The translations under genes were made by a program, and so were the position numbers. From assembly GCA_964016885.1 (NCBI GenBank), contig OZ024741.1:304358001-304422000 (forward strand): a stretch of DNA of 64,000 nucleotides, in the 5' to 3' direction. This DNA is from Eledone cirrhosa (taxonomy: Eukaryota). Positions 16,558 through 28,825 of the stretch are shown piece by piece (position 1 is the first letter of the stretch; the number at the start of each line of letters is the position of its first letter). Below the pieces are notes generated by a model. It saw only the letters and a list, made by a program, of their open reading frames with translations, was not told the origin of the DNA and ran no database searches.

Positions 16558-17892
16558 AAAAAAAGTGCAGCCACGTTTACAGTGTGGACTGGGAGGTGTT
16601 TACCGTGTTACCTACACGGTCACATTACAGCATGGACTGTGTTTTTTTGTCGTGACACCTACACGTCTGGCGGGTTTTCTACAGCTGGGTGCCATTCCAA
16701 ACACCAACGTTTACAGTGTGTACTGGGAGGTTTTTACCGTGTTACCTACACAGCCACATTACAGCGTGGACTGTGTGTTTTTTTTGTCATGACACCTACA
16801 CGACCTCATTTGTGTATATATATATATGTGAAACATTCAGGACCCCGAAGGCTGAGCTCCAGCCATTTCAACAGCTAGATCCATTCGGAGGAGCTCAGCC
16901 GTCGGGGTCCCAAATTTTTCATATTACCCACTCTACTATCCCAAGTATCAAGTACTCTGGTGAGTAATGGTCTAACTGGTTTTAACCACCTCCATTCTGA
17001 TATATATATATACACTTAAAAAAACCTACAGAGATAATAAATAACCTATAAAATAAAGTTTGACCTTCGACTTTGATTTGCTTTTTACACACAAAAATCA
17101 ATGGAATGCAATCAACTGTTCAATGTTGAAGCTAATTTACTTCAAACAAGAATCAAAACTATTTTGTGGACTTGGCATATCAGGAAGAGTTACTTGTGCT
17201 TTTGATTAAACTCACTAACACACATTTTGCTATCTATGAGATACTTATCCTATCAGCTTTAGTTTTGGAGATACAGCATACTTCTTTATAAGCTGATGTA
17301 TCTACTCATGATTTGAAATTAGGGACTCCAGTAGCAGCTTATGTTTCAGTGCTTTAGAATTTAGACATGCTTGAATATATTTGGATCACTAATTACAAAG
17401 TAGTGATTAGATTTGGATTATCAACTCTAATTGATTAATGATCTGCTATTTTGATGCAAAAATATCAATTCCATTTATATATTAGATGGTAATAAAAGAA
17501 CCTCAGTTTATTTCAGTACAAAAAATTAAAAGGCAATGAACAAAGGAAATGTCTGCTTTGACTATTTAAGCAATAAAATCACTGGATTGAGCACAGAAAA
17601 TCTTAAAGTAGGGATTGTTTATGGTTCCAGTAAAGTCAATAATTTACAAAGAAGTTCAACTCTGAACATTGCAACTCTCTACTTAGTAATACTTGAGTTT
17701 TTAAGTTTTCTACATAATTTCCATCTTGGCATTTTGCCTAAATTTCTGTTTGATCTAGGATTATCAAATCCCACATGCATGAAAGTCATGCACACACATG
17801 CAACCTTTTTCAAAAATTATTCCTAAGATAAAGTATCTGAAAAAAAAACAACCCTAAAATGTTCTGTAAATTTATAAATAATAAATTCTAAT

Positions 17893-18096
17893 CTAGGCAC
17901 AAGGCCTGAAATTTGTAGAGAAAGGAAAGTTGATTATATCACCCTCAGTATTTGACTGGTACTTAATTCTATCAACTTCAAGAGGATAAAAGGTAATGTT
18001 GACCTTGATGAGATTTGAACTCAAAATGCAAAGAGCAGGAACAAATGCCAAAAAGCATTTTATCTGATGCTTTAAAGATTCTGCCAACCCACCACC
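17893..18096 (-). mobile_element. tRNA-derived SINE (second family), diverged
   Basis: Minus-strand tggcagaatc...gagttcaaatc; 3' end ggccttgtgccta shared with 28611-28825. Confidence 0.7.
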
Positions 18097-18770
18097 TATA
18101 GATAATAAAAACCATCAGTATAGTATACAAACAGCATTTTACTTCAAAGCAGAAGCTATGAATACCTATACATCCATTAATCTTTTGATACAAAATTTCC
18201 CTTGGTTCTACAATACAAAACTGTTTGTTTTAAGTGTTTATATTTACCAAAAGCCATCCATTGTAATTTTATGCAAAGGAAAGCAGTATTGGAAAGGACT
18301 ATAAATGCCATAAAGGAGAGGAAATGGGGGAAGAATAAGGACTACTAGACAAAGGAAGCAATAGAAAAGGAAAGGGAGCAGTTGACAAACTCTACACCTA
18401 GGCCAGAGATGTGTTTCGGCTGCACCCATCAGACAAAACTCCAAAGACATTTTATGCAAGAATCTTTGTTAAGTAATGTTCCAAACACTAGCTTACTAAT
18501 AAAAAAAAGATTATTTATTTTATTAAATTCATCAAATTTTTTAAAATTAATTTCACAATTTATTGAAACATGCAGGCAGTGTATTTAATTCAAAATATGA
18601 TAAAATTGTTAAATTATGTAATGGCTGTTATTTCAGTACTTCTTAATCCTTTATATTAGCTGTTAAAATAAACTAAACTATGCATGCCTATCTAAATATA
18701 TAGCTATACTTACACTAAAATACAATATATAATTATTTTTAGAAAAGAAAAGGGAGGAAGAGGAACCCTT

Positions 18771-19035
18771 TTAGTCATAGCCGACTATGGATTTGTACCT
18801 AGAAACTCCCTGTTCAATGCACAAGCCAAAGCAAGATGTTTTGGGGAACACTGGCAGTCGCCCATGCATACCAGTATCCCCTCTCCATGCCACTGAAAGG
18901 CTGATACAACTTGGCATCAGTGATGTCTCAACTTTTTTCAGATGAATGCTATAAAGTGTCTTGCTCAAGGACACAACATACCACCCAGTTTGTGAATCAA
19001 ACTCACAATCTCCTGATTGTCAGCCCAACATTCTA
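18771..19035 (-). mobile_element. tRNA/CORE-like SINE, diverged
   Basis: aaagtgtcttgctcaaggacacaaca and a head similar to 255-358. Confidence 0.65.
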
Positions 19036-20653
19036 ATCAATAAGCCACATGCATTCTCTGAAAATAATAAAGGAAATCATAACACATCATGCAAGAATAC
19101 TTAAGAATCACAAGGATCCTTGACACTCTGCCGGCAGTTTTGGCCTCTGTCATTAACCTTTGACCATAAACACATTATACTTTGCTTTCAATTATCAACA
19201 TTTCCAAACGCTTTTACTGTATTTTTAATGAAATACATTTAATTTCAATTAATTTTGAAACTTTGAAGAATTAAATGAGAAAACTAACCTTTTCATTAGT
19301 CAGCTGATGTTTGAAACATTACTTAACAGAAATTGTGATGGAATTTTTAATATAAATATTAACATTATTAAGTGAGCACTTGTGTATCTTAAAACCAGGG
19401 CAATTTCAACAGGTTTAGTATCAAAAGGGTTAAATAGGATAATTTTCTTTGCTGCGAGGAAGAGGTGAGTTTTAAAATTTCTAGAAAGAAAATGACACTT
19501 TTATAATATCAACAGAAGCAGTTTTGACAAAATAAAATCTTAGGTTAATTATTCATTGTCTGATGTTTCACTATGTTATATCAAAATCATCGTTTAACAT
19601 GTTTTCCCTGCTATCAAATGTTGGATAGGCCATGTCAGTATTTAATCAGAACTACTGACCTTTAGGATGGGTTGAGGGGACCACATCTTACTTATATCTA
19701 CCGAGTTGAGGGGACCACATCTTACTTATATCACCAGAATGCACTGGGTGTATTTTACAATGGCATCTGCACTAATGAAGTTGTCGTGTCTTTGACACAA
19801 CTGAAGAGTCCTCTTTTTTGGCAAGTTTTCTACAGCTGAATGTCCTTCCTATCACTAACCACTTTACAGTTATACATGCTTTCAATAGTATTCTTTGATA
19901 ATTTGTTCAAAATCTAGAATGATAAATGTGGCAGTGACTAAATCAACATAGAAATGAGGAACCTCATAGTTTATGGTCAAAAACAGAACATTTTCAAAAC
20001 AAATACTTGACAGGTCTGATTCATTTAAATTTGTTTGTATCTGTTAAAAATATACTTTATGCACAACATGGTTATCATTATCACGTCTACTCTTTCATAC
20101 TGACTTGGGTTTGGATGGGATGGTTTGAGACAATATTTTACAATGCTGTTGCCAACCCTTTTAGTTGCCTCTTGCAGCGTGTGCAATGAATTTGCAACAC
20201 AACAATAATTTTGCAACCATAATCATCATGTTTTTTTTTAAGGAATCACAATCTTCTTTCAAATTAGTATCAACAAATGTTTCCCAGCTGTGACTATCTC
20301 TTCTTTTTTCCAGTAATCTTCAATCATACTTAGTATCTTTTCAAAGTATGTACCCCAGAAAGACTCCAACAATCATAGAGTCATGTCTACTTATTTGTAC
20401 TTGTACTTGTGGCAGCATTCAATCAGGGTGGGTTGAGCCAGCTCCATCAAAGGAATTCACAATGTAAGTTCATTTCAATGGATTTGTTTCAGGCGATTGG
20501 TTTCACAAGCAATGCCCGGCCACAAGTATATGCACTTTAGGATAGTGCAATCCAAGCATTACTTTGGTTTTATATATATATATACCGTTTAACCCATGCT
20601 AGCATGGAAGATGGATGTTAAACGAAGATGATGATGATGATGATGATGATGAT

Positions 20654-21270
20654 ATCTAAAACAGAGAATGTCTGTCTGTCTGTCCGATCATTAAAATTCG
20701 AGAACCACCCAACCGGTTGTTTTCAAATTTTACACATGGTCCTGTGAGTGTTTTGAGCAAAAAAAAATTCAAATTTTCAATGCCCTAGGGACCGCATTAG
20801 GCGATTAGCAATCTCTCTCTATAACTCTTAGTCTTTCTCTTTTTAGATAGATACATAGATATAACGTTGCGCCCTTATAATATCTGTCTGTCTGCATTAC
20901 GACATTATGGCGTGTGTATATGTATATATATATAGTGTGTATATATATATATATATATAGTGTGTAACGTTTTTCGAAATATTTACTTCTGCGTTCACAG
21001 ATTGATTTTTTTAGTTTCAGAATTAAAGGTGAAAGCAGCGATTCTTTGCTTAAACTTTAATCTGTTATTTTAATATATATATATAATTATATATTCGTGT
21101 ACAGATATTTTTGCATACACAATAACAAAATATAAACAAACGTATTTATTTTGCGATAAAGTATGGATTTTCTTCACACAGAAAAAAACCCTGGTAAACT
21201 ACGACGAATTTGTTTTATAAGCACAAAATGTAGACACCATCCCGAGGCCGAGGTATTCCGTACTTCTCTG
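20654..21270 (+). mobile_element. Non-autonomous Helitron-like repeat, diverged
   Basis: 5' tctaaaacagagaatgtctgtctg...cccaaccg...ttcaaa and cctagggaccgcattagg are homologous to the Helitron at 22880; 3' end is degenerate. Confidence 0.5.
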
Positions 21271-21300
21271 TACTGTTATATATATATATATATATATATA

Positions 21301-22128
21301 TATTTCGTTTCTGAATTTGTTTAGCAAGATTCTTTATCTGAAAACGTGTGTTGAAACCGATATTGTTATACTTTGGGAGGGTCATGTTGCCAATAAGAAA
21401 CACACGTACCAGTTGCTTTCACTTCAATTTATTATAATAAATTTAAGAATATAGTGTACATAGGTGAGACAGCTCGTAGTATAGGGGAACGGATAAATGA
21501 ACACTGGCGAGACCTTCAAGATAGTAAAGAATCATCTGTACTCTACCAACATGCTAAAATAGAACATAAGGGTAAATTAGAGAACATAGAAATAAAAATA
21601 GAATCTACACACAGAAAAGACGCAATGTTTAGACAAATCACAGAGGCAATAAACATAAATGAACTCCAACCAAAATTAAATAGAAAACATGAATGGAACA
21701 ACAACATCACAACTTACAATTAAGGACAAAATGAAAACACACAAAAAACACACACACACATAGAACAAACAAACAACCAGTAACATGTAAATAAACAAAT
21801 AAATAAACAAATATAAACACACAGACACCCGGATGTAACACATGCGCAAACTAAGCACACAACACACAGAAAAACAAGATGGCGTAGGACAGAACAAAGG
21901 AGAGACACAAAAACAAAGAAAAGAATCCCCAGTCACTGAAGAGGTCACATAATGTGTGACGAAAGAACTTTGACAATATATAAACAATCATCTGGTTGTG
22001 GAACCAACCAACCAACCGGAAATTTATAAATTCCTAAATTTATAAATTTGTTATAATAAATTGAAGTGAAAGCAGCTGGTACGTGTGTTTCTTATTGGCA
22101 ACATGACCCTCCCAAAGTATAACAATAT
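21301..22128 (+). mobile_element. Penelope-like element fragment (GIY-YIG C-terminus + pLTR) with inverted 5' pLTR piece
   Basis: ORF 21454-21723 YIGETARSIGERINEH...ITEAINI...PKLN. 21361-21445 is an inverted copy of ~22040-22128, plus a 60-bp tail at 21301-21360. Confidence 0.88.
21932..21974 (+). ncRNA. Minimal hammerhead motif in Penelope pLTR
   Basis: gtca CTGAAGA g gtcaca-taatg-tgtgac GAAA gaac TT tgac. Confidence 0.65.
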
Positions 22129-22205
22129 ATATATATATAATTATATATTCGTGTACAGATATTTTTGCATACAAAATATAAGCAAACGTATTTATATATA
22201 TATAT

Positions 22206-22236
<31 letters not shown>

Positions 22237-22305
22237 TTTGTAGCCTACAAGAGCACTCTTTTTTCCTATACCTTTCCTGTACCTTTCCGACTGAATTACT
22301 TCATT

Positions 22306-22672
<367 letters not shown>

Positions 22673-22780
22673 ATATATATATATATAAAAATAAATTTGA
22701 AGAATCAAAACATAACAAATATGTTTGAACTTTTGTGCTTCTCAATAAACCAGCTCAATAGACTTTGTCCAGAGCCATAA

Positions 22781-23687
22781 TAATTCAAGTATAAAAGATA
22801 TATGTATATATATATATATATAGGGAGAGAGAGAGAGAGCGAGAAAGAAAGGACCATATATCCATGAGAAAACACAATATCTATATATATAAAACTGAGG
22901 ATGTCTGTCTGTGTGTGTGTGTGTCTGTGAGTTTTAATCCCTAAAACTCAAGAAGTACCCAACCGATTTTTTTTCAAACTTTACATGTGTATTACTTATG
23001 TTTCAGGGATCCCGTAGGGCCCGCATTTTGATCCCGTAGGGCCTGCATTAGGTGAAAAAACACAGTTTTTTCAGCTTTTTAGGTTTTTTTTTAGGCGTTA
23101 CGTCAGACCGATTTCCTTGAAATTGTAACTATGTATTAGTCAGTCTCTTCTTCATACCATGAGCAAAGAAAATCCAACTTTTTTATGGCCTAGGGCCCGC
23201 ATTAGGTGAAAAACTTCATTTTTTCAACTTTTTAGAGCTTTTTAAGGGCGTTACGTCTAGCTGATTTTCCCGAAATTTCAAGGCATATTATGCACATAAA
23301 AAAAATTCATTTTCTTGATCTCCTAGGGCCCGCATTAGGTGAAAACCTGCATTTTTCCTGCTTCATCGAGGAAAATCTTAAAGATTATCCAGCCGTCAGA
23401 GTATTCGGATAATTTTTTTTACATATTGTCCAGGCATGCAGTTTTTTCACGATTAGGTCTGTTGGCGGCCCGCGTTCCTAAATAACTTATCCCGTGCAAC
23501 GCCGGGTACCACTGCTAGTATTGTAGATATACAAAGCACATATTTTAAAGAAAAATATGTACACTAGATGGAATCAATAAAACTCCCTATGTGCTTTGTA
23601 TATATACAATATATTGTGCTTTCTCACAGATATATGGTCCTTTCTCTCTCTATACATATACATATATCTTTTATACTTGAATTATAT
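22781..23687. repeat. MITE-like inverted repeat; left arm interrupted by a Helitron
   Basis: 22781-22879 plus 23519-23541 is the reverse complement (diverged) of ~23590-23687. Confidence 0.7.
22880..23518 (+). mobile_element. Non-autonomous Helitron
   Basis: A|TCtatatatataaaactgagg at the 5' end; subterminal GC hairpin cccgtgcaacgccggg (23491-23506); CTAG|T 3' end; no TSD; internal tagggcccgcattaggtgaaaa subrepeats. Confidence 0.85.
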
Positions 23688-24314
23688 ATATGTTACTATA
23701 GATTGTGTAGCACTGCACAGGAGCATAGTCTGTTTGGTTTTACCTCTCTCTGGAGATGGGAAGAATTTGTGGTTATATTTAGGACAGCCTGCTGATGAAA
23801 TCCATTAGTCTTAATTTTGCTATCAGTTTCTAATAATTCTAATTTAAAAGTTTTTCATAGGTTGGAACTGTACAGTCCAGACAATTTGAAATGTAAGTAA
23901 TCTGGTGTTTCTTTGTTAAACTTCTTGGATTTATTTGATTTTTTTCTGCCCTGTTATGTTCTATTCAGGTATTGTTGTACCATGACATTGTCATTTAAGA
24001 ATTTGCTCTAATTCAGGCCTTTTCGCACCTGTTTTCATAGTTGTGGACAACAAGGTCGAAATAATTATGGAGGTTTCTATGCATCTAGCATTATATCCAT
24101 CTAAATTCCTATTATATATATATATATATATATCGGTTTACACCTGTTTATGGTGGGGCTGATAACATTGTTAGAACTCAATGTGGCCTTGAAGAGATGC
24201 GGTGAAATTAGGTGGTGAGTTCTATAGTTTTTGTGGTAGGTGTTCATTGCATAAGGTTTCTTCAAAGAAGAATCTGCTCAAGTTACAGAGTCATTTATAT
24301 ATGTGTGTGCATGT

Positions 24315-24600
24315 ATTGAACAATGAAACTAAAACAAAAGCCTGAGATAGGTGGTTAATAAGTTCATTGTTTTGCAATCATTGCAGAGGGTTGATTGATC
24401 GTGGTAGATCAATATATCAATTAGCAGATAGTGGTTACATCACTACCTGTTTCTAGTCTCGAAATCCCTGATCAATCTCACTGTCTTTCTCAGAAGATAT
24501 ATCAATTTACCATGATCAGTCAACCCTCTAAAACGACCATAACACAATGAACTAATTAACTACTTATCTCAAACTTTTTTTTTATTTTCATTGTTCAACA
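24315..24600. repeat. Diverged inverted repeat (~100-bp arms), MITE/fold-back-like
   Basis: ttgaacaatgaaa...agagggttgattgatcgtggta pairs with taccatgatcagtcaaccctct...tttcattgttcaa. Confidence 0.65.
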
Positions 24601-24633
<33 letters not shown>

Positions 24634-25257
24634 AATTCAAAATAGGGAGTGCATAGGACAAAGACAATGGAAAAAACAACGGAAAGACGGACAGTTCCAT
24701 CTCCTCAGTCAACCTCTGGAAATTACTATGGTTTCGGTGCATTAAGATTGATACTTGTTATTCCAGTGCACACTGGGGCATAACATAACAAATATAGAAA
24801 GGAGAGAAATAGTAAAACAGAAGAGAATAATAATGAATGTAGTCCAACGTGCAGACAAAGAAGAATGGCACTGAGACATAGACAAGGTAAGAAGAGAGAA
24901 TAGAGGAAAACGGACTGGTTTCTAGATAAATATCTGATATTTATAGAAAACGAAAACAATCAAAATTTAATTTTATTGAACCAATTGATATTTAATCTTT
25001 ACATGCAGTGTTTGAAATATTTCCTATCTGCTGATAATGCAGCATATTGCTTTATGCACAAAATATAAATGATGTTTTTAAGGAACTTCTCTTCCTCCTC
25101 CTCTTCCTCCTCACCATCACCATCATCATCATTCCCACCACCACCATCATCACCATCATCATTTAACATCCATTCTCCCTGCTAGCTGGCTTGACTATAA
25201 AAGATATCAAATATCAGAAAGAGGATATGTATGGAAGAGTGAGGGCACCAAAAGTAG

Positions 25258-25770
25258 TTAACTCTTTTGATACCAACCTGCCTGAAACTGGCCTTGTTTT
25301 TATGATACAAAACTGCTCCTTTTTAACCCTTTTGATACCAACTCACCCAAAACTACCCTAATTCTATAATGACAAAATGTCTTGTTTTAAAGTATTTATA
25401 TTTACATAAAAATAATATTATAGAAGAATATTTTTACTAAGCTATGTACTAAACTCCATCTTAAAAATACGGTTAGTTATTTTATTAAATCCTTTCAAAT
25501 TGTTGATTATTTACAAAATTAATTGAAAAACATAGGTGGTGTATTTCATTAGAAATATGGTAATGAAAGAATTCAAGTGTTCATATTTATAAAACCTTTT
25601 ATCATAATTGTTAGTAAGATCCTTTTGTTAAGTTATGCTCCAAACACCAGCTCAATAATTAAAAAGTTAGTTATTTTACCAAATTCCTACAAATTGTTGA
25701 TTACTTTCAAAATTAATTGAAACATATAGGTAGTGTATTTTATTAGATATAAGGTAATGAAAGGGTCAAA
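25258..25770. mobile_element. Nested or duplicated MITE-like repeat with piggyBac-like TTAA-CCCT ends
   Basis: Two left ends (ttaactcttttgatacc at 25258, ttaacccttttgatacc at 25323) and two copies of a ~130-bp right portion ending gtaatgaaag. A related end gtatcaaaagggttaa lies at ~19418-19433. Confidence 0.45.
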
Positions 25771-25956
25771 AAGTGCAGAACATTAGTTGAAGAAGCAAGT
25801 TGCTGAATCACTTCAAACAAATATTTGACAACTTCCATTTAATGGAATAACGATATCCTATGCCTCTTTTTTAAAGTTAAATCTCTTATTTTATTTTGTT
25901 ATCTGTTATACATAAAAATATTATGTCAACTATATTTTGCAGACAGAAGTTAGACA

Positions 25957-26550
25957 ATCATCATCATCACCGTTTTACATCCATTCTTCCATGCTAGCAT
26001 GGGTTAGACGGGTTGTCCTGTTGTGGGCAATGTCCAGTCGGCCAACCTTGTCTTGCTCATATGGGAACTGATTCTGGCTTGATTTCTACAGTTGGATGCC
26101 CTTCCTAACACCAACCTCATTTAGAGTGAGTGCTGGGAGCTTTTTTCCGTGGCGCCTACACGTCCACTTTACAGTATGGGCTGGGTGCTTTTTTGCTGTG
26201 GCACCTCCACGACCACTTCGCAGTAGGGGGGGGGGGGCATATTGTCTATATGCTTCAGCTTCGGCTTGTACCCGTGGGAAGTCGGGTTTTCTGTATTACT
26301 GTGTGACGCCAGAGATCACGGTCGTGTGTCATCGCCCTTGAGAGGTGCAATTGGGTAAGGTCAGCTTTTATCACCTCATCCCAGGTCTTCTTGGGTTTCC
26401 CCACTCCGCGACTTCCATCGACTTCTAGTGCTCTGCACCTTTTTATGCAGCTGTCATCCTTCATACGCATCACATGTCCATACCAACGCAACCTCCTCTC
26501 CTGCACACAGCATTTGATTCCTCTTATGCTCAGTCTCTCTCTCAACTTAG
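25957..26550 (-). mobile_element. SINE tail abutting an RTE 3' coding fragment
   Basis: (CAT)n plus RTE-type tail at 25957-26225; ORF 26255-26554 has [11 protein letters not shown]...GKPKKTW. Confidence 0.75.
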
Positions 26551-27149
26551 ACAATGATGGAAATATTTAAAAAATGATAATAACAAAATTCAGTAATGAA
26601 TAAAAGAGCGAAGAGGTAAAGAAGGGCAAGGACTATTAGGCAACAGAAGAAAGAGAGAAGGAAAGGAAGAGGGTGACAGACTCTACACCTAGGTCAGAGT
26701 GGTTTTTCGTATGTGCCCCATGGACAAAATGGCAAAGGCTTTTCTGCAGACATTGGTCAATGATACCCACTCACTGCAATAGCCACCCAACCTTGTGGGG
26801 CTCCTTCCTCAGACAGGCTGCTGATGTTCCAATTTTGTGAAGGAACTCAGCTGGCCGGAGTCTGAGGATGCTTGAGGTCTCAACAGCAACTGATGCAGAG
26901 AGGAAGCAGCTAGACAAACCTAGGTATTTTCTTGTCTTCTTCTCCTCTGCATTTCAGGCTGCTGTACAAGGATTTGTGGTTGAAGCAACTAAGTTGGAGG
27001 TAGATTTTAGTTAGAAGAGAAGAAGGAAAGAATGTGAGGGGAGGAGGAATTATTCATAAGTGCACCATGTACACTACATATGTTTGTATACATATGCAAT
27101 TCGTACTTAAATTATATTGAGTACTGATTTCTGAAACACTTAGACAACA

Positions 27150-27418
27150 GTTTGAAATGGGGCCTATATTTCATATCTGGTTTGGGCCTAATACCAGTTG
27201 AGATGAAACCTACATTCTACATCTGGTTTGGACCTAATACCAGTTGAGATGAAACCTACATTCTACATCTGGTTTGGGCCTAATACCAGTTTAATGGGGC
27301 CTACATTTTACATCTGGTCTGAGCTGAATACCAGTTGAAATAGGGCCTAGAATTTACATCTGGTTTGGACCTAATACCAGTTGAAATGAGGCCTACATTT
27401 TATATCTGGTTTGGGCCT
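27150..27418. repeat. ~45-46-bp minisatellite, about 6 copies
   Basis: Approximate unit ccagttgaaatggggcctacattttacatctggtttgggcctaata. Confidence 0.9.
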
Positions 27419-27739
27419 GTGTCCAATTGTGTAAATGCCTGTTTAGGATATGCTACATACTGTAACACAGAGTAAATTCAATTAAATTTACTCCCCTGGT
27501 CTTTCAAAAATATGCCTTGAGTCTATCCAAAAAAATTAATATTCATGTCCTGTCAAAAGCTATGTCAAGTTGATGGCCATGCTTTCAGTTTTGTTTAGTC
27601 TTAATTAATTTACAAGACAGGAAGAATATTTTAAAATGTAAAAGTGTTGCTTTTGTAGTAGTGTTTTTATTCTTCTTCTTCTTCTTCTTCTTCTTCTTCT
27701 TCTTCTTCTTCTTCTTCTATATGGTAGATTGTGAAGGTG

Positions 27740-27990
27740 CATGTAAGGGTGGTTAGGGGTGGTTGGCTCATGACTGTAGTTTGTGTGTTTGACTCCCAAC
27801 AGTATGTTGTGTCCTTGAGAAAAACACTATATTTCATGTTGTACCTGTAATTCAAAGGGGTAGCTTTCTCACACACTGTGTCACATTGAATCTCCCACAG
27901 TTAAGAGTACACGTGACTGTGGAATGCCCAGCCACTTGTATGTTAATTTCACAGGCAGGTTGTTCTGTTGTTCAAACAACTGGAACACTT
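27740..27990 (+). mobile_element. tRNA/CORE-like SINE, diverged
   Basis: ggtggttagggg...gtttgactccc head; tgttgtgtccttgagaaaaacact CORE-like segment. Confidence 0.55.
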
Positions 27991-28224
27991 ATCATGGGAA
28001 CTGATGGAGATCCTCCTCCTTCTTCTTCTTCTTCTTCTTCTGCTTCTTCTTCTTCTTCTTCCAAATGATAAATAGATAAACAGGAAGAAGTTTATTTTGT
28101 CACAACAAAGTAATTTCTGAATATAATATGAATTTATGATCAAACTAAAGATATTCCTTTTATCGTATATTAGCATATATTCTATGAGAATATACATAAA
28201 CAAGAACTAAGAAGACAGTTAAAA

Positions 28225-28276
<52 letters not shown>

Positions 28277-28592
28277 GAGTGCAAGAGAAGGAGAGGGAGA
28301 AAATTAACCGATACCAGGACTTAAAGTGGGAGGTAAAAAGGATTTGGAACTGCCATGAAGTCAAAGTGATCCCGATTGTCATAGGTGCACTGGGGACTAT
28401 CTCCAAAAGTTTCCAGGGATGGTTAAAGAAAATCGGCCCCTTCACGCTTTTTGGAACGCTTCAAAAGGCATGCTTGCTGGGAACAGCAAGAACCCTCCGA
28501 TACGTCCTGAATATCTGAGGCTGCAGGTAGTGGCTTGATATTCATTCCAACGGACTTTCCAGTTAACTAACATCAATGACTGAGACTCAAGG
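28277..28592 (+). mobile_element. R4/Dong-type (RLE) non-LTR retrotransposon 3' fragment within (TAA)n
   Basis: EKINRYQDLKWEVKRIW...VIPIVIGALG...LQKACLLGTARTLR; (AAT)n on both sides. Confidence 0.8.
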
Positions 28593-28610
28593 AATAATAA
28601 TAATAATAAT

Positions 28611-28825
28611 GGTTTCTTATATAGGCACAAGGCCAGCAATTTTGGGGGAGGGAAAAGTCGATTAAATCGACACCAGTGCGTGACTGGTACTTTATTTTAT
28701 CGACCCCGTAACAATGACAGGCAAAGTTAACATCGGCGGGATTTGAACTCAGAATGGCAAGGGCCGTAACTCTATGCATCAAAGCATGGCGTCCGACCCT
28801 CTACCGATACTGCCAATCCACCTGC
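28611..28825 (-). mobile_element. tRNA-derived SINE (second family), full length
   Basis: Minus-strand TGGCAGTATCGG (A box) and GAGTTCAAATCC (B box); ggggtcgataaaataaagtaccag central domain; (ATT)n tail. Confidence 0.8.

Noticed and set aside
18390-18435. Hammerhead-like motif on the minus strand (CTGATGG...GAAAcac...gtgTA), with a related repeat at ~26670-26730
   Set aside because: The core deviates (CUGAUGG) and stem I does not pair. It may be a decayed Penelope-type hammerhead but cannot be supported.
19671-19732. Short direct duplication gttgaggggaccacatcttacttatatc
   Set aside because: A single local slippage duplication with no further structure.
24705-24740. Minus-strand GAAA...CTGAGGA resembling a type II hammerhead
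   Set aside because: No consistent stems.
27150-27418. CRISPR-like or coding repeat
   Set aside because: Units are contiguous with no spacers and no supporting ORF; an ordinary minisatellite.
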